Source of the DNA: Paraspadella gotoi
Lineage: Eukaryota; Animalia; Chaetognatha
Direction of reading: 5' to 3'
DNA: 64,000 bases
Assembly: GCA_051294375.1 (NCBI GenBank)
Contig: CM119264.1
Coordinates: 10,124,175 to 10,188,174 of the forward strand
In this document: one piece after another, positions 53,961-64,000 of the stretch
Layout of the letters: each line of letters starts with the position of its first letter
How positions within the stretch are numbered: position 1 is the stretch's first letter
Program-made: the position numbers and the translations under genes
The notes under the pieces: model-generated
Told to the model about the DNA's origin: nothing
Seen by the model: only the letters and a program-made list of their open reading frames with translations
Databases searched by the model: none

Positions 53961-54778
53961 TGTTTATCTATCAAGGGAAACCTCAAGAACGCTCTTAATT
54001 AATACTTTGTGAAAAATTAACTTGCTTTATACTATTTTGATACCTTTTGGTTCAAGAAGCAGAGAAATGAGAGAGAGAGAGATGAGAGAGAGACGAGAGA
54101 GAGAAGAGAGAGGAGGAGAAAGAGAGAAAGAGAGAGAAAAATGCGGACTGAGATCCAAAAGAGAAAAAAAAATTGAATTCTCAGTCGAGGACAAGAAGAA
54201 AGAAAAAGAAAGGAAAAGATTGAACTAAAAAGAAAAAAAGAAAAAAAGCAGAAAACAAAAAGATAACATAAAAAGAAGAAAATCGGAAATCTGACATCTG
54301 GTATCGATAGAAATATTAGGATTCACTCCACTTGATAACAACGGGCGAGTCAAGAAAAAAAAAACTTTACATCAAAAACAAAGTTTTATAATTAAAAAAA
54401 CGTGAATAAGTCTCTCATTGTGAAGTAAGTATATTTTCTATTTTCAGCTCGATTTTTGTTCCGAGATTTATCATCTGTACGCTTGTGAGCGAATGTTTTA
54501 AAAATTTTATTATAAAAGAATTTTAACAATATGTATGTGAGTTAGAAAGGTTATTTATTTTGAAATAACGAAATACATGATGAAATAGTATGTGCCGTAA
54601 TAAAAACAGCAAGAACAGCAACAACGTCATAAACAGAAGCAACAGCTACAAAAGCAAAATTGCAACGGGAAAAAGTCAAAAAGAACGCGCCAAAGAAAAG
54701 AAAGAAAAATACATTTTCATTCTTTTTTTCGATATATTTTTTCCCTCTAACGCTTTTTCCTCATTCTCATTCCCTTAA

Positions 54779-54814
<36 letters not shown>

Positions 54815-57447
54815 NNNNNNNNNNNNNNNNNNNNNNNNNNNNNNNNNNNNNNNNNNNNNNNNNNNNNNNNNNNNNNNNNNNNNNNNNNNNNNNNNNNNNN
54901 NNNNNNNNNNNNNNNNNNNNNNNNNNTCTCTTTCGCTCTCCCTTTCTTTCTCTTTCTCTCCTCTTTTCGTTGGCGCATTGAAAATCCGCCATCCATTTGA
55001 GCGTCGATATGAAAGGAAGAAAAACCATAAAGTGAAGATTATGCGCGGGCCGGGCCTCGGAGGCCGAGGGAGAAGGAGAAAGATGGATCCCCGTCAAAGC
55101 CAAAACCCTCAACCTTAAATCAATCCCCGACCTTAAGTCCCCGAAGCTCAGGGATCCGTAACCCGAATGTGAAGCAAAACAATGAGCTTCCATCTGTCGG
55201 CCTAACATCTCACGGAAAATATGTCTAAGATTTTTAAAATGTCTTTTATAAATATAATAAAACAGAACCCAAAACATTCTCTGCCACCCCATCTGAAAAC
55301 CTCGTCATTGTCTGGCTCGAACCCAATTTCCCCTCTGTCAGGGAAAAAGGGCAGAGGAGAAAAGGGCAAAAAAATACCTCAGCGAACGAGGAGATGAATT
55401 TTTCATTTTTGTAACGGAAATCCATGGATACTGGAGAAAGGAAGAGCCAATGTAGTGAATCCGTTCGGGTTTTTAGTTTTTAATATTTATCGGACTTTTC
55501 ATGGCGGGTGACGTCGAGCACATTATATGCCTTTAAAGTGTAGTCGTGTTTTCTTATAATGATTCTCACATTTTGCAGCTTTCGGCAAAAGTTAGGTCCT
55601 TTCAGGTTGATTTTTTTTATGTAAAAAATAGATATATATCCTATTCCGTTTACGTGTATAAACATAGTTTCTTGCTAGTAAATGAATTTTTTTACTCTTA
55701 AAAGGATGGTGGCAGAAAGATGTAGCGCGACTGAGAATTGGCCGGAGCTCAGTCTCAAAACAAAGATGGCGGTCGAGATGAGACGTGGCTCGTGGCGCCA
55801 ATTTTTGATTGGAATACGAGTAGAATTTTTTTTTTTTCGCTCGGGAAATAATTGGTTGGGGAATAATTCGTTTAACAGAAGCCAACTAGTTGGGCAAGAT
55901 ATTAACTCAACAGTCGAATGTTTTTTCAGAAAACGTCTCACACAATAATGTAAAATTGTTATTCTGTGAATTCAATCATTATTTGTCAAATTTTACAGTT
56001 CATATTAGTTATTTATATATTCAATAATATATCGGAATATTTTTTTCTGGAGATTATATTCGATTTTTAGTTAATTATCGAAATTTTTAATTTCCGGAAA
56101 GTTTCTTCGTATCAGACGTTCCTACTTGTACGAACATTTATGATGTACGCGATTTCTTAGTCGCCTCTCCCTGAGCTCGATCCCCGAATGACGTCCGCCA
56201 TCAAGAATGTTTTTTTTTTCTCGCATATTTGAGTCGCGGCTTCGCCCGCGTTTGCCCACGCGCGCTGGGCCGAGCAAAATCCCCGACGGATCCCCTTACG
56301 GGTCAGCGAATGAAAAGGAATTTCCGTCGTCGTCGTCGTCGTCGTCGNNNNNNNNNNNNNNNNNNNNNNNNNNNNNNNNNNNNNNNNNNNNNNNNNNNNN
56401 NNNNNNNNNNNNNNNNNNNNNNNNNNNNNNNNNNNNNNNNNNNNNNNNNNNNNNNNNNNNNNNNNNNNNNNNNNNNNNNNNNNNNNNNNNNNNNNNNNNN
56501 NNNNNNNNNNNNNNNNNNNNNNNNNNNNNNNNNNNNNNNNNNNNNNNNNNNNNNNNNNNAGAAATAGGGCGAATTATGGCCGGTCAGTGCACGCGCGCGG
56601 GAAGGAGGTGAAATGGGGACCAGAGATAGTGAATAGAAAGTGAGGAGAAAATTTCCAACAAGGGGAATCAGTGGGTGAAAGGTAAAACGGTGAAGTCAAA
56701 ATGGTGAGATAGACATTGTCTGAGATTGGTAATTAGAATTTCTGTTGTCGGTATCAAAGTGAAAATAAGATGAGTGTCGTAATAAAGAGTCAGAAATGAT
56801 ACATGGAATCGTTTTTTTCGTTACCGACGAATGAGCAATGTACGTACGAGCTCTGCGTTCCTGGGCCAAAGAAATTGATTGTCCGCGAATGAGAGATAAA
56901 AATGAAATCTGGGAAAAAATGGCTGATTTCGCCGAACGATGAGATAAGAGAGGGAGGAAGAGAGAGAAGACGATGGGATGAGATGAGATGAGATGAGATG
57001 AGATATGATAAAATTGACTAGGAATGAACAGTTGAAAGAAAAATAAAAGAAGAGGGTTGTCTTTTTAAACAGCGATATAGAAAGAAGCAGCTGACTTCGT
57101 TGTGTTTGTGTTTGAAAAAGTTGACTNNNNNNNNNNNNNNNNNNNNNNNNNNNNNNNNNNNNNNNNNNNNNNNNNNNNNNNNNNNNNNNNNNNNNNNNNN
57201 NNNNNNNNNNNNNNNNNNNNNNNNNNNNNNNNNNNNNNNNNNNNNNNNNNNNNNNNNNNNNNNNNNNNNNNNNNNNNNNNNNNNNNNNNNNNNNNNNNNN
57301 NNNNNNNNNNNNNNNNNNNNNNNNNNNNNNNNNNNNNNNNNNNNNNNNNNNNNNNNNNNNNNNNNNNNNNNNNNNNNNNNNNNNNNNNNNNNNNNNNNNN
57401 NNNNNNNNNNNNNNNNNNNNNNNNNNNNNNNNNNNNNNNNNNNNNNN

Positions 57448-57480
<33 letters not shown>

Positions 57481-59613
57481 AAGTCCTTTGTTTTGAGTTA
57501 GCGAGCGTCCCCGTTCCGGGGTTATTTCAATCGAGCTAATTCGTTTCTCCCATCGTCCTTCTCATGACAGAGAATGCCCAAAGTCAATCAGTTTTCAATT
57601 ATTTTTTTTTCCCTCAAAAGATTAAAAATTGAGAGAGGAAAAAAACGTCGCTTCTTCCTTCGACACGATTGAGGGATGAGGGGATGGAGGAAAGGAAAAA
57701 TGAGGGGAAGGGGAACGAAAAAGGGGGAAGGAGTAAAGAAAAGGAAGATGGCAGTAAAAGCGCCGTCCCTAGGAAAGAGAGAGGAAAAGGGACAAAGAAA
57801 AGGAAGAAAGGAGGGGGAGATGTGAGGGTGGGAGGAGGGAAAATGTTGTAAAGGGGAATAGGTTCATGAGCGGGGTTGAATACTCGTTAACCTAGCTCAT
57901 CTCTCGTCGTTCAGCGAGAGAGGTAGAGAGAGAGAGATGAGAGAGATGAGGAGAGAGAGAGAGAGCAGAGACAGAGAGATGAGAGAGATGAGAGAGAGAT
58001 CGAGGAGAGATCGCGTAGATAGAGAGAGAGAGCAGAGAACATTGAGGAACTTAAACCTCTTCGGAAAAGTTCATTCCACCGCGACACGCTCTATGATTCT
58101 CGTCTCTTTTTNNNNNNNNNNNNNNNNNNNNNNNNNNNNNNNNNNNNNNNNNNNNNNNNNNNNNNNNNNNNNNNNTTCTTCCCAGACATTCCCTGTTTTT
58201 TCCAACGACAGGATAAATTGAAACTCCCTCGTATGAGCTCCATTGTGTTCGGTTTAAGAGTCTTTCCTCCATTTCGGGAAGGCAGAGTTAATGTTGCTTC
58301 AAGACTGAAATCATGAGAACCGGAAAAGGTCAAACATGATAGACGATTGAAGGGAAGAGAATACCACCCATTGGATGTGGGCGGGAAGGAGTGGGTGGAG
58401 CAGGATGGGTAGAAGGGGAGAGGGAGATTAGGGGGGGAAGGCGACAGCTGAAATGTGAGACTTGAGCTGAGAGAAAGAAAGAAGAAAATGGAGAGAAGGG
58501 AGGAAGAGAGGAGGTGAGGAGAAAGACTTTGGGATCGAGGAAGGATGTTGAGAGAGGACGAAAGAGAAGACACTGTGAGGAGAGAAGAAAGAAAAGAAAC
58601 TGACTACAATGAATCCGCAGATTAAGGAAATAAAAGGAATAAAAAAAAACCTCCCTACTCCTTTTTCTACAAAAAAAAAGGAAAAAAAGGAAAAGAGACC
58701 TCCGATTTGCTCTTCCCCCCAAAAATGAGGAAAGCGACCGAAACCGAGGCCTCTCGTTAGAAAGCGGAATATTCGGGGTTGGCAATTACCAGCGACGGAC
58801 TGGCATTGTACGAGGCTGTAAAAGGTCGGAAGGAATGAAGAAGAGGTGAAGATTGAGGAAGAAAGAAAAGAGGAGAGAAAGAGAAGAGAAAACGATGTCG
58901 AGTCGAAAGATGGAAAAGGAAAGGAAGGAAAAATTAATGAAAAATGGAGGAAAGAGAGAAAAAAAAAATTCAAACTCCAAGGGCATTGGTTTTTGAAATA
59001 AAGGTTGAAGTTAAGGGGGAAAAAAAAGGAGATTCACAAAAGAAAAAAAAATTGGGGGAGAAGTAAAACTGAGATTGATGGATGAAACAGGAAAATAAAT
59101 CAACGAGGGAATTTATCGTCGGTGCTCGCGTAAGGTGTGGTTGTGATCCTCGAAACATGAAATACGCCAGTGTTTTCGTCAAAAGTTGGCGCGGTGAACC
59201 AATCTCGCGACTTTACGCCAAGGGCGGCGGCGGCGGAGGCAGCCGCGGCGGCTTCTTGGCAGAACAAACGCGACTCGGTTCAAATGGCGCATAACAACAA
59301 AGACGCGGCGTCGGACGCCAGAGTTTTACGGTTCCACCTAAAAATCAACGGAGGAGCAAAGTTTCCGCTTCCGAGATTCGAACGCGATTTCTTTCGTCTC
59401 TGGAGCCAAAAAGTTTTCCCAAGATTCGGAGAGAATAAACCGCATGAAAATTGGATATGCTTTACGCTTTCTCTTCTCTCCTCGCATCTCTCTCTCTCTC
59501 TCATCTCATCTCTCTCCCTCTCCCTCTACTCTCTCTCTTCTCTCTCTCTCTTTCTATCTCTCTATACTCTTGTTACTCTTTACTCTCTCTCATTTCTCTC
59601 TACTCTCTCTACT

Positions 59614-59667
<54 letters not shown>

Positions 59668-60700
59668 ACCCTCTCCCCTCTCTCTACTCTCTCTCTCTCT
59701 TCTCTCTCTCTCTCTTCTCTTTCTCTCCTCTCTCTCTCTCTCTCTCTCGATCTCTCTCTTTTTTCTCCAGAGAGCCAAAAGGTTTTTTTTGCTTCTTAGG
59801 ATCAAATTTTGGCGGTCGGGGTTGGCCGGTTGGGGTTTCTGGAATCTAATCCTACTCGGGTCTACTCGATCGAGACCGGGAAGGGTTGATTCCCATTAGG
59901 AGGTCGAAAGGAGAAATAGCGAGACGAAGCGAAATTCTGATGGAACAGAAGACGGGAAAAATCCCTACCAAGAAAGGTAAGTTTTCCCAGTGAATAGCGA
60001 ATATATTCAAGACTTCGTTCAAATTTCACATTGGCGTTCTTTAAATTTAAATGCTATAGAATTATTAATAAATTGTTAATTTCAAAAAATTTCTCAAAAA
60101 CGGTTTTGAGGTGAAATTCAAAATTATACAATTTTAGGTTTCTCCGCGCGGTTTGCCAGAATGTTTATTTGAATTGCTCGCGTACATGTTTCATTAAATT
60201 ATTAAACATATTTATTTCATATAGAAAATGATCTAGCAATTTAGAAAACAAAGAAATGAATTTATATATTCAGCGCTAGTACTGGTGTTTGAACATATTC
60301 ATTGAAATCAGTTTTTGTTTATATTAAAATGTCAAACTTAAATTTATTTTTAACCGTTTTCTATCTGTCCCTAGAAATGGGTGAGTCAATTAGTGACGAG
60401 TGATCGATTAGCAAATCCGAAAAGCGAGGAAAATCCAATCTCCCTCTTTAGCCGCCAGGATTGTTGGAGGCAAGACCGGGTAAGTTTCAGAATGGGCTGT
60501 GGAGGGTAGGATTAATTGCCTCCGCCGCAGAGTCGAAAACGAGTTCGATTGAAAAGTTTTTTTCCCTTCAAGTTGATGAGGAAAGGTCAAGGACTGGGTT
60601 TGGCGCCGCGAACCCTGATGGACCTGCCACACCAAATGTGTTCGAACCTGTAAAATTGGAAAGAAGTTAACCTCGACGATTGTAATCGCCACTCCCGTTC

Positions 60701-61430
60701 TCGTCGCCATCGTCGTCGTCTTCTCCATCGTCATCGTCGTCTCGTCTTCTCCACGTCGTCGTCTGCCATCGTCGTTGTCGTCTTCTCCATCGTCGTCGTC
60801 GTCTTCTCCATCGTCGTCGTCGTCTTCTCCATCGTCATCGTCGCCATCGTCGTCGTCGTCTTCTCCATCGTCATCGTCGTCATCGTCTTCTCCATCGTCG
60901 TCGTCGCCATCGTCGTTGTCGTCTTCTCCATCGTCGTCGTCGTCTTTCTCCATCGTCGTCGTCGTCTTCTCCATCGTCGTCGTCGCCATCGTCGTCGTCG
61001 TCTTCTTCATCATCATCGTCGTCGTCGTCTTCTCCATCATCATCGTCGCCATCGTTGTTGTCGTCTTATCCATCGCCATCATCGTCATCACCATCGTCGT
61101 CGTCGTCTTCTCCATCGTCATCATCGCCATCGTCGTCGACGTCTTCTCCATCGTCATCGTCGCCATCGTTGTCGTCTTATCCATCGTCATCGCCATCGTC
61201 GTCGTCTTCTTCTTCATCGTCATCGTCGCCATCTTGTCGTCTTCTCCGTCGTCTTCGTCGCCATCGTCGTCGTTCAGTCGTGTCGTCGTCTTCCATCGTC
61301 GGTCGTCGCCATCGTTCGTCGTCGCCATCGTCGTCGTCGTCTTCTCCATCGTCATCGTCGTCGTCTTCTCCATCGTCTCGTCGCCATCGTCGTCGTCGTC
61401 TTCTCCGTCGTCGTCGTCGCCATCGTCGTC
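60701..61430. repeat. GTC-based compound minisatellite (GTCTTCTCCATC + (GTC)n + GCCATC modules)
   Basis: Many copies of TCTTCTCCATCGTCGTC alternating with GCCATCGTC. Occasional indels shift the register. Confidence 0.92.
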
Positions 61431-61758
61431 TCTCTCGTCCCAATCGTCGCGATCGAACGCGTTTTATTTTATGTCGACGTTAGACTTTATCGCTTTTTTC
61501 ATGGCGATTGACGAACGACGTCGCGCCTCGGCATCGTCGTTGTTGCCATCGTCCTCATCGTCGTCTTCATCGCCGTTAGACCGTTTCGTAAAATGACCAA
61601 TCAAAGCGTCGCTCGATTACGAAATTCTGTCCGCAAAATCCCGGTCACATTTTTTCCAAGCCCTTTTATCCCCATTGTATGGAGTTGCTCGCACTTGTTA
61701 TGGATTCTCCGTTTAGACGTGACGAACGATCGTTTATGACGCTTATCCGTTTATTTTG

Positions 61759-61867
<109 letters not shown>

Positions 61868-62709
61868 CATTGCTCATTCGCCGCTCGTTCGTCACTGTCT
61901 CTCGTCAGCCCGAGTGACTTCGCCTCCCGTGTCGTTCACCTCAAATAGAATCTCGTTTTGATGTACGGAAAAACAGAGGACACGTCATTACTATTGTCGT
62001 CATCGTCGACGTCGTCGTCTTTGTTTTTGTTTTGTCGTTGTTGATTGCAGATAATGGATTCCAGCTTGTACTTGGGGTGTTGGGTCCGATTGATGATAAG
62101 AAAAATAGTCTCTGGAAAGATATCCGAAAAGCGGGTATATATTTCACTGAGTTGATGTGTTTGCGCGAAAAATGAATCGAAGAATGGATTCGTATTCTTC
62201 TTATTCATTGTCTTCGTCGTCGTCATTTTCGTTGTCTATTTTTATCTCGCTTTGGTCGTTAACGTTAACGTTAATAATAATAACCGCCTAGATAAATCAC
62301 TCGTTACCTTGGATGGAACTGAACGAACGGCATGGACAACAACGACGACAACGCTGGAAATGACTATGGGCTAACTATTGAAATTTATAGGGTTCATAAC
62401 CAACGTCATCTCATTAAACATTAAACCAAATAAGTATCTTGGTGAAAGTAAGGTGAGATATCGCCGGTAAACACAATGGAGGAAAAAATGTCACGCTTTA
62501 ATATTTTATTGCGGAAGCCTACACTTTTAAATATTTAATAACGATTACCGAAAAAGGATCGAATATTTTTAGGAAAAAAATGTCTGTCAATTAATAAAAA
62601 AATTAATTATAGTCGACTGCCATGGCGACGTCATTTAGGAAAAAGTAAAGGTGAGCGAAACGCGGACTTCGACGACGACAACAATAATAACGACAAGAGG
62701 TTAAAGCTA

Positions 62710-62749
<40 letters not shown>

Positions 62750-63490
62750 TTACCTACGAGGTGCGCACAAAGTCGTCGATATAGTCTCATTACGGAGGAC
62801 CTTTTACTGCAAGTTTTATGTCCTTCACCTAATGATTATTACGGAAATGTCATTCTCTCGCTCTCTCTCGCTCTCCGCCCGGGAAAAAGGAAAAGTCAAT
62901 TCTTCGTGAAGAAGAAGAAAGAATGAGAAGGAGGAGGAAGAGGAGGAGGAACGTCTCGTCATCCTTCTCAAGAAATCTGGCGAGAGGGCGCTGAAGTGGC
63001 GAGGAAATGGGGGCGTGGCGGGAGCGTGGCGGGAGTCGGTCGCGACGTGATTGATTCGTTGAGTTTCACGTTTATTAATTAAAGAATTTTGGTCATGGCT
63101 ACAGTCGGAGACTGGAATCTGGATCTTGTTTAAATGTTTCCTGACCGCCGACAAGCAATTGGCGCTATCGCTACGCTAAAATTAAAATGTTGATGTCTAT
63201 GCGATGTTTTATAATTGTTTAATAATTGTTTATAACTATACTCTGTTTGGAGCTAAGGGGCTAAGTAAAGAGATATAAAATTTCTAACCCCTCGACGACT
63301 ACGAAAAAGACATTTAGTACACTTAACTCCATTGATCTGTTTAACTTTACCTGTCTCTCAAAAAAAAAACAATTTCGTTCTGTCATTAATTCTTCTCTCA
63401 TATCTTTTCTTCGGCCACGTTTATTAGAGTGGAGTACTTGAGAACAAAAATTTGATTTGAGTCAATTAACAATATTACTTTTATGCGTGA

Positions 63491-64000
63491 TACTATCTAG
63501 GAAAAAAGTTAGAAACATTTTTTTTTAAAAGTTCATTTATTCAATAAAAAATATACAAAACATTGGTAAAACATTCTCAATATTTGGTATGCCCTCCCTC
63601 GGCATCGACCACTGCCTGCATTCGTCTGGGCATGCTCTCGTAAAGCTGACACACCAAATGTTTTTGATTTGTTGTATCGCCGTAAAAAATTTGCAATGGT
63701 GGAACGAGGGATTCCAAGTCTATTGCTGATGAATTGTTGCGTCTTTCCCTCTTTTCTCAGAGCTACAATTGCACCTTTATGAACCAAAGAGAGGGGCTGT
63801 CTATTTGGCATAACCAAATTTAAAAAAATGAAAAAAATAACTAACTCAATTTGAAATAGAAACAAATAACTCAATACCAAGAATTGTGGAAAACTAAAGG
63901 CGATTTTTTCCGCCATTTTTCACTTGAGGTAGCAATCTTATTTTGCCTCTACCTTCTATACGGTTGGATCTACGAAAAAATGAAAGGAAATTTAGTGTAG
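63491..64000 (-). mobile_element. Internally deleted Tc1-family (Tc1/mariner) DNA transposon, running off the window
   Basis: The ATG at 63811 gives MPNRQPLSLVHKGAIVALRKEGKTQQFISNRLGIPRSTIANFLRRY, a Tc1/Tc3-type N-terminal HTH. It is fused out of frame to LYESMPRRMQAVVDAEGGHTKY* (63645-63577), the typical Tc1 C-terminus. TA+CTATCTAGGAAAAAAGTTAGAAACA at 63491 resembles a Tc1 terminus. Confidence 0.88.

Noticed and set aside
60408-61596. 321-aa and 273-aa ORFs
   Set aside because: They come from the minisatellite, and the peptide pattern switches register mid-ORF.

Overview
Eukaryotic, invertebrate-animal-like draft scaffold. It is AT-rich, not CpG-depleted, saturated with (GA/CT)n and (GAC/GTC)n microsatellites, and has many N gaps after 28 kb. 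Most of the ORF track is microsatellite or gap noise. Two intron-containing genes can be rebuilt by hand with GT-AG junctions and consistent phases. (1) A + strand gene with 9 coding exons (936-19036, 566 aa) encodes a secreted mosaic protein: signal peptide, two discoidin/F5-8 type C domains each carrying an RGD, and a degenerate F-type lectin (FTP) domain. (2) A convergent - strand 3-exon gene (23853-21466, 542 aa) encodes a KCTD-type BTB/T1 protein with an unusual N-terminal Ser/Ala/Gly hexapeptide-repeat region. The rest (25-63 kb) has no recognisable intact gene. It holds a candidate frameshifted 3-exon gene fragment (35.6-36.1 kb), a candidate micro-exon chain (59.9-60.5 kb), an unexplained GC-rich block (48.6-51.5 kb), a GTC-based minisatellite, many YY1/Pho consensus sites and an internally deleted Tc1-family transposon at the right edge. 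No database searches were possible, so all family calls come from motif recognition.
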